60,062 bases of DNA, taken from positions 1-60,062 of IMG/VR virus record IMGVR_UViG_3300034420_000030. One strand, written 5' to 3'. The stretch's first letter is position 1. Each line of letters starts with the position of its first letter. Shown here piece by piece: positions 16,801-25,241 of the stretch. A program made the translations under genes and the position numbers. The notes beneath the pieces are model-generated. The model did not search any database. It saw only the letters and a program-made list of their open reading frames with translations, and had not been told where the DNA came from. This stretch comes from a virus (lineage: Duplodnaviria > Caudoviricetes).

Positions 16801-17106
16801 ATGTCAGCTAGCAATACCGAGGTTGGGTTAATGCCCTCCTGCTCAGCTTTCGTTTTACCGATGGAATGTGGCAATGATGAGACAGTCGAGACGCTACCAT
16901 TGGAAAACGAGGTTGCCTCCAGGAACTCCGCCAGCGCCTTCCTGACGGCTGTAAGCCTTCGAAGCGCCCAAGAGCCGTTCGAGCACGACTTCGCCTCTGT
17001 GGAGGCTTGTGAGCTGATCCTAGAGGCTCGCCGCGCCATTGGCTCTGAAGGCATCCGCGCCTATCTCGATTATCTCGATGAGTTCAATGAGCGCATCCAC
17101 GACTGA
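16801..17106 (+). CDS. Hypothetical acidic protein
   Basis: AGGAG upstream; start uncertain. Confidence 0.45.
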   Translation: MSASNTEVGLMPSCSAFVLPMECGNDETVETLPLENEVASRNSASAFLTAVSLRSAQEPFEHDFASVEACELILEARRAIGSEGIRAYLDYLDEFNERIHD

Positions 17107-17334
17107 AACACTCGCCTGGTTATCATAACGAAACGTAATGGACTAAGTAAGTGTAATAAGAAAATGTAATTTGACTTCCGATTAAGTGGCGCCGCAAATG
17201 ACGAGGCCCGGCAGATGCTGCTTCAAACAGCGCCGGGCCTCAAAACTTCCGAACGAGGTCGATAATGCGCGTTTCCGCGCTACTGTCAAGCCAAAAATCA
17301 TCAACTTTTTCAACAGCCCGGCTTTTGTACGCCG

Positions 17335-17665
17335 ATTGAGCTGTGTAAACGCGTATGCGTACAGTTTCCGGTTCTGATAGCCGGTCCGTATCGGGGGTCT
17401 TCTTACCCGCAAGGGTCTTCCGCCCCGCCCGAAAGCTTTGAGCGGCCTAGGGCATATACAGAAAACTTGTTCCGCGTATCTATCTCGTTGCAACGAGATA
17501 GGCTAAATCTTACCCCTCCAGACGGCTTTGCAGGCTTTTGCCTGGGGAGGCGAGCGGCACTCGTTAAAATGTGCCTGGTAAACGATACGTAAACAGCTCA
17601 CCCTCAAGCTTGTTGCTCCGTCAACGAGCGTTCCTCTTGATTTTTCGGGAGGGAGGGATACGGAA
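17335..17665 (-). ncRNA. Candidate large structured ncRNA
   Basis: TTGACA promoter at ~17694(-), many hairpins, long-range pairings, no credible ORF. Confidence 0.5.
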
Positions 17666-17793
17666 GATAAATCACACCAAATCGATAATGTCAACAATGC
17701 TGACCTAATTTAGATCTCAAAACAGAAAGGATGCATCTTGCCAAACGCGGTTCAACTCTGTTAGCCTAAGTTTCGCCTTCCTTCGTTTTGCGT

Positions 17794-17979
17794 GATCCAG
17801 TGAAATCCTGCGTAGCTTACAGGAGCCCAATCACATTCACCGAACCGTTATGCTTCTGCAATGTGGACGGATGCCGGCCGAGGTCGGAAAACGGTGGCGC
17901 TAAGATTGCTGTAGGGGCCGCGACTGCCTGATGTGAGCTGTTGGTCGCCATAGCCGGGATAAGCTCCGGTCACTGGATT
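17794..17979 (+). ncRNA. Candidate multibranch ncRNA with tRNA-like 3' elbow
   Basis: Closing stem GATCCAGTG/CACTGGATT stacked on hairpin GCCGG-GATAAGCT-CCGGT; promoter-like TTGCCA-N17-TTAGCC upstream. Confidence 0.55.
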
Positions 17980-18161
17980 GAGTTTCTGAGAGGACCCCCT
18001 GCAAGGGGTCTCTCTCCAGAAATGTTCGGTGGGAAGTTTTGTTTCGACGATCTGATCAGCCGGCCATGGTGAATTCAGATCGGAATTTAAGCCTGCGGAG
18101 ATCCGAGCTACTCAATCTCGGTCGCCGTTCTCATGTGCCCTTAACAGCTTAAGGAACAACA

Positions 18162-18374
18162 ATGCAGTCCGAATATAGCCTCCCTTCTTCAGACAATCAA
18201 GCCTTTTCTGCAAGCCCTGCCGATCGCGCCAGATCGATAGCGCAAGATCTAGTGCATTACCGCAATGCATTCCACAATTTCGGGCCTCAATGGAACGCGC
18301 TGACGGCTGACTTCGAGCGCCTGCGCCGGGAAGCCGAGAGCCTGGCTGCATCGCTGAGCGAGAGGGCAGGATGA
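18162..18374 (+). CDS. Hypothetical protein
   Basis: TAAGGA RBS. Confidence 0.55.
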   Translation: MQSEYSLPSSDNQAFSASPADRARSIAQDLVHYRNAFHNFGPQWNALTADFERLRREAESLAASLSERAG

Positions 18375-18545
18375 TGGCGACAGGAAAGCACTTGAAGCCC
18401 CCGAGGGGGCTGTGCTATCGTCGTGTCGGAGTTTTGCGTTTGAAGCGGCTCAACCATGCCTGCCAGGGTGAAGGTTGAAGCCTGATCCGAGCGCCGAAAT
18501 TATCGTTTCGGTGAACGCCCTTCTTACGTCCGGAGCCTGCCGAAC

Positions 18546-18728
18546 ATGACCAATTATAATGCCTCACCCGCAGCAACGCAACAAGAAAATTTAATATCCT
18601 TGTTGGAGGAAACGTTTCATTGGATTCAGCGGGCTGTAAGTTCTCTTGAGCCAATATCAGATCGGGATGCTTGCGAAGGGCTTGCCCTCATGGTTCGCCT
18701 TAAGGAGGCACATCATGCTCGGGCATAA
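18546..18728 (+). CDS. Hypothetical protein
   Basis: GGAG upstream; overlaps initiator start. Confidence 0.5.
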   Translation: MTNYNASPAATQQENLISLLEETFHWIQRAVSSLEPISDRDACEGLALMVRLKEAHHARA

Positions 18729-19746
18729 TTCCTTCCAAAGCATCATCCGCGCCAATCCTGAAACCGGATACACCAAGATCAGTAATGCTCTCCTTCAAGA
18801 CAGCCGCATTAGCTATGAAACTAGGGGGCTGATTGTCGAACTACTGAGCCGTCCCGACGATTGGGAAATCACTGTTACGAACATTATAAAGTCCAGTCCG
18901 GCCGGCCGGGACAAGGTCTATCGTATGCTGCAAGAGGCTGAAAAATTCGGCCATCTTGCAGGAAGACAAGCGCGCGGTTTTGATGGAAAAATGCAAAAGC
19001 AGCGCTATGCCGTCTCCGATGACCCGCGTCTACTCGCCGCCGCCACGGAACTATGGCTATTGGAAAGCGAAGCACAGCCGTTTCCTGAAAATCCGGACAC
19101 GGTGATACCGTTTCCTGAAAAACCGGAAGCGGTAAAATTAAAGAAAGCCGTTGCAGCGCAATCAACTTCCGGAAAAACCGTAAGCGGCGAACCGCTTCCT
19201 GAAAAACCGCTTCCGGCTGAACCGCTTCCGGCAAATCCGACACATACAAATAAAAGATATATACAAACTACCCAAGAGACAAAGGGGGGCGACGGTTCGA
19301 TTGTGAAGGTCGCTGCTGCGGTCGCCTCGACTTTCACCACCATCCTACCTCTGGCCGCTATTGCGCATCCTATCGAGCAAGTTATCGACGCACCGGCCGA
19401 ATGTTGGCAAACCCCGAAAGCCAGAATGGCTGCTGGCATGAACCCGATGGAGGCCAAGCTACAGCGACAGGTTTGGGTAACGTCAAATGGGCGTATCGAG
19501 GTGGCTGGAGATTTCAAAGCCGAATTGGAGCGCGAGTTTCCCCTGGTTGACCTAAAATGCGGCCTATCGACCAGCGGTCCCAATGTTCACACCGATCGCG
19601 GTGCGATCCAATGCGCTCAGACCATACGCCGTGAGTTTGGCTTTATGCAGCAGCGAGAGAAGAAAACCGCCGAACGTGCTGAACAATGGGAGAAACCTGA
19701 TACTTCGAAGCCAAAAATTTACCGCAAGCCAAACCCATGGGACTGA
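18715..19746 (+). CDS. Replication initiator (N-terminal winged helix, O-like architecture)
   Basis: YTKISNALLQDSRISYETRGL...LLSRPDDW...GRD.V...L.E...GHL; internal iterons; TAAGGAGG RBS. Confidence 0.85.
   Translation: MLGHNSFQSIIRANPETGYTKISNALLQDSRISYETRGLIVELLSRPDDWEITVTNIIKSSPAGRDKVYRMLQEAEKFGHLAGRQARGFDGKMQKQRYAVSDDPRLLAAATELWLLESEAQPFPENPDTVIPFPEKPEAVKLKKAVAAQSTSGKTVSGEPLPEKPLPAEPLPANPTHTNKRYIQTTQETKGGDGSIVKVAAAVASTFTTILPLAAIAHPIEQVIDAPAECWQTPKARMAAGMNPMEAKLQRQVWVTSNGRIEVAGDFKAELEREFPLVDLKCGLSTSGPNVHTDRGAIQCAQTIRREFGFMQQREKKTAERAEQWEKPDTSKPKIYRKPNPWD
19078..19240. repeat. Iterons; probable replication origin inside the initiator gene
   Basis: Repeated CCGYTTCCKGAAAAWCCG-type units (PFPENP, PFPEKP, PLPEKP, PLPAEP, PLPANP). 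Confidence 0.75.
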
Positions 19747-20219
19747 TCCTTCCCGATGTCGATCTTGAGCTATCTCGGCGAGGCATCAAGGTTGATCCGA
19801 ACAAGGCCAATCAGTACGTTAACTGTCCGACTTGCCTGGCGAATAGCCACAATAAGAAGGGCAAGAAAAAGATAAGCGTTACGGTCAAGGACGGCATGGT
19901 TTTCTGGCGCTGCTTTCGATGCGCCGAGCGGGGCGGACTGAAAAATGCTGACAAGCCAATTGAGTACAAAACACCGAGACGAAATCACAGCCAGGGGGCT
20001 GGATCTGGCCCTGTGCCAGCGCTACGGCGTGAGGAGCAGCGGCGAAGCGATAGCCTTCGATTATCTGGTAAACGGGAAGATCCACAACACCAAGAACCGT
20101 CTCGGCAAAGGCAATATGCCCTGGGCCAAAACGGGTGTGCCGCTCGTACTCTGGAATGTGGACGCCCTGAGAGGCGATCCGCAGGAACGCGAACTGATCA
20201 TAACCGAAGGCGAATTTGA
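19737..20219 (+). CDS. Primase zinc-binding domain (first ~70 aa), out of frame with the primase core
   Basis: CPTC...H..K....ISV......WRCFRC..RGG. Confidence 0.75.
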   Translation: MGLILPDVDLELSRRGIKVDPNKANQYVNCPTCLANSHNKKGKKKISVTVKDGMVFWRCFRCAERGGLKNADKPIEYKTPRRNHSQGAGSGPVPALRREEQRRSDSLRLSGKREDPQHQEPSRQRQYALGQNGCAARTLECGRPERRSAGTRTDHNRRRI

Positions 20220-21420
20220 CGCGCTCGCCTGTATTCAGGCCGGATTTCTAGATGCTGTGAGCGTTCCGAATGGAGCACCTACCAGCGCGCAGGAAGATGG
20301 CGAAGCACGGTTCAAATATCTGTTCAAAGGCGAAAAACTCCATCCAGATATCGACAAATTCAACCGCATCATTCTGGCCGTCGATGGCGATGAGAAAGGA
20401 TTGTTTCTGCGCGATGCGTTGGCCGTTAGGCTCGGCGAAGCCCGTTGTCTATGGATCGATTGGCCAGATGGCTGCAAGGACGCAAACGATGTTTTGCGCC
20501 ATCATGGCCCGGAGCATCTAGCCGAAGTTCTGATGAACCCGCGTCGTATGTTCATCGACGAGGTATGCACGCTAGACGACATCCCAGATCCGCCGGAAGA
20601 GCGCGCCTATCATCTCGGCTTCGTCGGGCTGGAAAACCATTTGAAGTTCCCAAAAAAGGGTTTCGTGACCATTCTTGGCCCCTACGGCTCAGGCAAATCA
20701 ACGCTGGTCCGGCAGATCGCCTACAACATGCAGTCCATCCACGGCTGGAAAACCGGGATTACCTGTTTCGAGGAAAGTGCCAAATGGCGCACGGTCAATG
20801 CCTTCCGCAAGATGATCATTGGCAAGCCTCGCGCCTATTGGGCTGGATCAGAAGTCGAGATGGCCGATAACTGGATCAGACGCAACATTGTATTTTTCCA
20901 GAAGAAAAAGCGCGAACTGATGACCGGTGCTCGCTATTTAGATCGGATTGAATATGCCGTGAAGGTCTACGGCTTAAACATGGTAATAACCGATCCGATG
21001 AATGAGCTTGATCATCAATGGCCGAATGGAAAAAGCAAAACCGACTATATGGCGGATCTGATCATGGCTATGAAGGATCTCGCCGATAGCTACTCGTTTT
21101 TGAAGGTCTGCTGCACGCATCCGCCGTCAATGTCGATGCGAGTGCAGAATAACAAGAAGAAGAAAATATTCACGCTCGCCGACAATGCAGACACGGCTCA
21201 CTTCGGCAATAAAAGCGACATCGGTCTTGCTGTCTGGCAAGGAAACGGCAGTGGGTACACGCTTGTAAACATTGACAAAATCAAGAATAGGGAGCTTTAT
21301 GGAGAACCAACAGGTGTTGAATTGAAATTTTTGAAAGAGCAAGAGAAATATATTGTTTCCCGCACAGGATGGGATGTGCTTTTCGATAATGAAGAGGCAA
21401 TCGATAATGAAGATCGGTAA
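19945..21420 (+). CDS. Twinkle/T7 gp4-like TOPRIM primase-SF4 helicase
   Basis: IITEGEFDALA, SVPNGA, LAVDGDEKG, CKDANDVL, Walker A GPYGSGKS, ITDP.N. Confidence 0.92.
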   Translation: MLTSQLSTKHRDEITARGLDLALCQRYGVRSSGEAIAFDYLVNGKIHNTKNRLGKGNMPWAKTGVPLVLWNVDALRGDPQERELIITEGEFDALACIQAGFLDAVSVPNGAPTSAQEDGEARFKYLFKGEKLHPDIDKFNRIILAVDGDEKGLFLRDALAVRLGEARCLWIDWPDGCKDANDVLRHHGPEHLAEVLMNPRRMFIDEVCTLDDIPDPPEERAYHLGFVGLENHLKFPKKGFVTILGPYGSGKSTLVRQIAYNMQSIHGWKTGITCFEESAKWRTVNAFRKMIIGKPRAYWAGSEVEMADNWIRRNIVFFQKKKRELMTGARYLDRIEYAVKVYGLNMVITDPMNELDHQWPNGKSKTDYMADLIMAMKDLADSYSFLKVCCTHPPSMSMRVQNNKKKKIFTLADNADTAHFGNKSDIGLAVWQGNGSGYTLVNIDKIKNRELYGEPTGVELKFLKEQEKYIVSRTGWDVLFDNEEAIDNEDR

Positions 21421-21766
21421 TGTGAAAATTCTCTATCGTAACCATCAATGGATGGTGCAAGAGGAGCCAAGGGGAAAATTTATTGTTGAGGTGAATGAAC
21501 GAAATCCAGACGATACCGGAAGTGGGTACTGGATGCATATGCAAGATCTCATGCATTTACGCGGCAATGGAACACACAGCATGATCCAGCATGTCTGTGA
21601 AAAGACATGGGTCGATATCGACGCTTTCGAGCAAGCGGTTCTTTATGCTTTTCTGGCTTTCGACATGAAACCGGATTACGACGTGTCCGAGCAATTCGCG
21701 ATATCTCGTCGGCAGAAAAACGAAGAATTCAGCTATCCATGGACGGCTCTCAATGACTATGCATAG
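21407..21766 (+). CDS. Hypothetical protein
   Basis: HVCEKTWVDIDAF motif; coupled ORF. Confidence 0.65.
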   Translation: MKIGNVKILYRNHQWMVQEEPRGKFIVEVNERNPDDTGSGYWMHMQDLMHLRGNGTHSMIQHVCEKTWVDIDAFEQAVLYAFLAFDMKPDYDVSEQFAISRRQKNEEFSYPWTALNDYA

Positions 21767-22268
21767 CTTTCAATCCATCGGCTCGCTAGCGGAGCGCATT
21801 ATGTCCACACAGCCTCGATCCGTCATCAGCCAAGTGCATAAGGATTTGCGCATTCCCGACGGCTATTACCGCACGCCGGTCAGCACCAACAGTCAATGGC
21901 TTCCTCCCATGGAAATCAAGACGCCGCCGATCACGGAAGAGCAGCGCCATGTTGCGGCGGCTAAACTGGTCGCCGCCAAAGTCATCTCCGCGTCATCGGT
22001 CGATGCGGTGCTGGCGCGGCTGTGTGAGCGCTTGGAAAAGCTCCCCGGCTATTTGAATGCGGACGGTACCCGACCAATAGTGCCTAAAGACGATTGTCCG
22101 CCCATTCCTCGCGATAAATTCAAGTCGCCAAGAACCATCCGCATGAAGGCAATCCTTTTGGAAAATCCCGGTTTGACGATTGGAAAATACTGCGAATTAG
22201 GAGACTGTTCAAAGACGATTGTCTATGCTGCGAAGCAGGCATTGCGCCAAGAGGGGAAGCTGCCGTGA
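21753..22268 (+). CDS. Hypothetical protein with C-terminal HTH
   Basis: ILLENPGLT......LGDCSKTIVY.AK..L. Confidence 0.65.
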   Translation: MTMHSFQSIGSLAERIMSTQPRSVISQVHKDLRIPDGYYRTPVSTNSQWLPPMEIKTPPITEEQRHVAAAKLVAAKVISASSVDAVLARLCERLEKLPGYLNADGTRPIVPKDDCPPIPRDKFKSPRTIRMKAILLENPGLTIGKYCELGDCSKTIVYAAKQALRQEGKLP

Positions 22269-22492
22269 GCCGCCGTAAGCCTTATACGCAGATCGGCATT
22301 CGGAGGCTCTCTTGCGAGCGATGTGGACAGCCGGGGCGCACTCAATGGCAGATCTGCGCCGACGACCGAGTGTACAGGATTTTATGCGCCGGTTGTGATG
22401 TGGAATTGAACGAGCTTGTCGTCCGATGGGTATGGGGCAGGCGGCGTGAGAGAGACCTTAAACGCTATCGTCAGAAAATGGAAGCCGCATGA
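22265..22492 (+). CDS. Zinc-finger protein
   Basis: CERC...QWQICAD...LCAGC. Confidence 0.7.
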   Translation: MSRRKPYTQIGIRRLSCERCGQPGRTQWQICADDRVYRILCAGCDVELNELVVRWVWGRRRERDLKRYRQKMEAA

Positions 22493-22710
22493 GCGCCTAT
22501 CCCTGCCACAAGTGCCGCCACTGGCACGGCTCGCCAATCCCGCCCATGCAATGGGGACAATGTCGGCGGCGGTCGCCAGTCCTGATGCTCTGCACAGGAG
22601 CGACGGAATGGCCTCAAGTGCATCGAAATGACCATTGCGGTGAATTCGAGCCGCGTTCAATGAGCCAGGCGCTGGCAATAGCGGATGCAGGAGATCATGA
22701 TGGACTTTGA
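22489..22710 (+). CDS. Cys-rich (HiPIP-like motif) small protein
   Basis: CHKCRHW...GQCRRRSP...WPQV...DHCGEF. Confidence 0.7.
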   Translation: MSAYPCHKCRHWHGSPIPPMQWGQCRRRSPVLMLCTGATEWPQVHRNDHCGEFEPRSMSQALAIADAGDHDGL

Positions 22711-23203
22711 AGCAAAAGCACGCGAGATCGCGCACCGATATCTGACGATGCCAAACGAAAACCATCATTGCGATGAGCCTATTACGCCATATGGCCATAT
22801 CTTTGTCTGCAATGCCCTTACTGCCGCAATCGCCGCTGCTCTTTCCCTAGCAGCAAAAGAGGAAAGAGAAGCTTGCGCTAAGATCGTCGATAATTTTTCA
22901 GCGAACCGCCAAATGCTCACCGGCGTCATCGTTGCCGTCATCCGCGCAAGAGGCCCCAGCGCAAGCGGAGAGGACTCATCGCCTTCGGCTCTTCAATCTA
23001 GTTCAGAGCTTGAAGCTGAAAAAGCTCATTCAGAACGCCTAGGATTGGCCCTGTCGATGATTGCCTTAGGCTGTGAGCACCCAAAAGTTGTTGCGATGAA
23101 GGCATTGAAATGGTCGGAAATCTCGGAGAGCCAGATTGAAGAGCAATGTGCGGAAAACGCACATTGCGATGATGCGACCGCTCCACAAACAAAGCCAGCC
23201 TGA
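22697..23203 (+). CDS. Mosaic hypothetical protein reading through two inverted elements
   Basis: EREACAKIVD...IRARG domain, then element-derived sequence and passenger. Confidence 0.65.
   Translation: MMDFEAKAREIAHRYLTMPNENHHCDEPITPYGHIFVCNALTAAIAAALSLAAKEEREACAKIVDNFSANRQMLTGVIVAVIRARGPSASGEDSSPSALQSSSELEAEKAHSERLGLALSMIALGCEHPKVVAMKALKWSEISESQIEEQCAENAHCDDATAPQTKPA
22951..23001 (-). repeat. Dispersed element (antisense), outer GACAC end lost
   Basis: CTAGATTGAAGA-GCC(GAA)GGC-GATGAGT...GCCT. Confidence 0.75.
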
Positions 23204-23206
23204 CAC
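23131..23206 (+). repeat. Dispersed structured element, full copy
   Basis: CCAGATTGAAGA-GCAATGTGCG(GAAAA)CGCACATTGC-GATGATG-N23-GCCTGACAC. Confidence 0.9.
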
Positions 23207-23218
23207 CAAGGAAACCCC

Positions 23219-23623
23219 ATGAAACTGACCAATATCACGCCTGAGCAATATCGCTGTCCATATGCGGATTGCCCTGCGATCTACACGGCTTGCGGCATCG
23301 CCCAGTGCCCAACGGTCATTGCCATAGGCGACACGTATGCTATCATCGGCAGACGTGTTGCATGTGGTCCAAACGACTATAGCGCGTCCGATTACCTCGA
23401 AATCGTCAATCGTATCGGCGATGACGAGACTGCTGTTACAATCCCTGCTGTCATCGTCAACGAAGCCGTTAATGCGGAGTTGTGCCGGCGCATAGCTGAG
23501 CTTGAGGCAGCGCTGGTGGCAATGATGAACGAACATGGCGCTTTGGATGGAAACCCAGATACTGACAGCCCCGCAGAACGAATGGCTCGCGCCGCCCTAT
23601 CACCTGATAAGGCTACACCATGA
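23219..23623 (+). CDS. Hypothetical Cys-motif protein
   Basis: AAGGA RBS; duplicated C...CP.(I/V) motif. Confidence 0.65.
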   Translation: MKLTNITPEQYRCPYADCPAIYTACGIAQCPTVIAIGDTYAIIGRRVACGPNDYSASDYLEIVNRIGDDETAVTIPAVIVNEAVNAELCRRIAELEAALVAMMNEHGALDGNPDTDSPAERMARAALSPDKATP

Positions 23624-23838
23624 GCAACTACATTCGCGTAGCGTGGCATCCGGTCGAGCGCGTCGCTCGCGCGGATGCCTTTCTTGACAATCACTTCGGC
23701 CATTACGAATATGGCGTTGCTTTTAACGGCGATCCGAATGTCTATCGGCCCGAAGAAGTCGAAATACCGATCGATCTGGTTCTGGCGCCGATTATGCAGA
23801 TCCTTTTGCCCTGTTCGCCTGAGAAGGCTACATCATGA
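23620..23838 (+). CDS. Hypothetical protein
   Basis: LDNHFGHYEYGV.F motif; bracketed by boundary repeats. Confidence 0.65.
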   Translation: MSNYIRVAWHPVERVARADAFLDNHFGHYEYGVAFNGDPNVYRPEEVEIPIDLVLAPIMQILLPCSPEKATS

Positions 23839-24056
23839 CCGACTATCGCTGCAAGAAATGCGATACGATTGTTCCTCGTGGCCACCGCATGCAATACTGC
23901 CAGTGTGGCAAGATATGGGCAGATTGGGGTGCGGACGGCAAAGGTTCGACCGTTCGCGTCGGATGGCCAGATGGCGATCCCCAAGATTGGATTGAGGTGA
24001 TTGGCGCAGAAGCCTCAGAGAAGCCCGTAGGGCCGCCTTTGCATGATGAGGCGTAA
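23835..24056 (+). CDS. Zinc-ribbon protein
   Basis: CKKC...YCQCG. Confidence 0.65.
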   Translation: MTDYRCKKCDTIVPRGHRMQYCQCGKIWADWGADGKGSTVRVGWPDGDPQDWIEVIGAEASEKPVGPPLHDEA

Positions 24057-24110
24057 AAGATAGCTCATAAGTCAGCTTCGGCCGTCAGCGCCGCTAAATA
24101 GGTTATAGTC

Positions 24111-24485
24111 ATGCTAAAAAAAGTGCGAGAACATCATGGGTTATCATCCGAGAAAGAATTTAACCGATGGAAAGCCATGATTAGTCGTTGTCATAATCAG
24201 CAGAATTCCAATTATTTTTATTACGGAGCACGCGGTATTTTCGTATGTGAACGGTGGAGATATGGTGATGGCACAAAAAATGGATTGGAATGTTTTAGGG
24301 ATGATATGGGAGAATGTCCCGATAAACATACCTTGGATCGCCGAAATAACAATGGCCCCTATTCTCCTGAAAATTGCCGATGGGCTACCAGAAAGCAGCA
24401 GACGAATAATAGAAGACCGATAATAACTAACAGAATTAAATTTAGGAATTTGAAAATGTTGTGTCAAAAAAGTATATCAAGATGA
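24111..24485 (+). CDS. HNH endonuclease catalytic half (AT-rich)
   Basis: WKAMISRC...YGARGI.VCERW...F.DMG..P...[24 protein letters not shown]. Confidence 0.88.
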   Translation: MLKKVREHHGLSSEKEFNRWKAMISRCHNQQNSNYFYYGARGIFVCERWRYGDGTKNGLECFRDDMGECPDKHTLDRRNNNGPYSPENCRWATRKQQTNNRRPIITNRIKFRNLKMLCQKSISR

Positions 24486-24510
24486 TCTAACGCAGCATTT
24501 AGGGGGATGA

Positions 24511-24741
24511 ATGAATAAAGCCGGAGAACGCTTATTTAAAACACAGGCGGCTGCACTTATGGACGCGCTTGAGGAAATGATTTTCGAAGGCGGCGGAACG
24601 GTTGTAGTTTGCGTCGGTGAAGAATGCCCGTTTCGAGGTGATGACGCTGTAGCCAATCAGGAATCTGGTTGCCCAATCTGTAGGCGCATTGAAGTCTCTG
24701 CCGATGGCTCGACACGTGAATTCCGAAGGCTTGCGAACTGA
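24511..24741 (+). CDS. Small Cys-containing protein
   Basis: ORF in operon. Confidence 0.55.
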   Translation: MNKAGERLFKTQAAALMDALEEMIFEGGGTVVVCVGEECPFRGDDAVANQESGCPICRRIEVSADGSTREFRRLAN

Positions 24742-24966
24742 ATGACCAAACCAGAAACCTCTGTTCTCGTCCTGCAGAAACAGCTTGACGCCGCCAACAA
24801 AGAGATTGCCACCTTGCGCACAGTGGTTGATCATACCGTTGCGATTGTTGCCGGCGCGGGCGGCCGTGTCGAAGTTCCTGTTGCGAAATACGAAGAGTAT
24901 TCTCAGCGTCGCTGGCGTCACGAGAATGATGGTATCACCCATATTTTTACCACGGAAGCCGAATGA
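24742..24966 (+). CDS. Hypothetical protein
   Basis: Abutting ORF. Confidence 0.6.
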   Translation: MTKPETSVLVLQKQLDAANKEIATLRTVVDHTVAIVAGAGGRVEVPVAKYEEYSQRRWRHENDGITHIFTTEAE

Positions 24967-25241
24967 GCACCGATCAAGAGCTTTCGTTGGTGGATTGCCG
25001 CAATCGCGGTCTAGGCGATCTAGCTACGGTTATTGAGGCAATCTGGGGGCCGCGCTGCAACATCCATGACGGACATTGCTTCGTGTGCAATGCATGGCTT
25101 ATGTTTGACACATTGAGCCGGCTTACCGATACGAGCACGCTGGATTTTTATGATGAGAACCCCGAAAAGCTCAAAGCCAGATTGAAGAGCAAGTCAAAGA
25201 CTTGCGATGATGAGACGGCGTGGAAACAGGAATTGGCCTGA
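24963..25241 (+). CDS. Hypothetical protein ending in a repeat element
   Basis: WGPRC.....C.VC.AW motif. Confidence 0.65.
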   Translation: MSTDQELSLVDCRNRGLGDLATVIEAIWGPRCNIHDGHCFVCNAWLMFDTLSRLTDTSTLDFYDENPEKLKARLKSKSKTCDDETAWKQELA

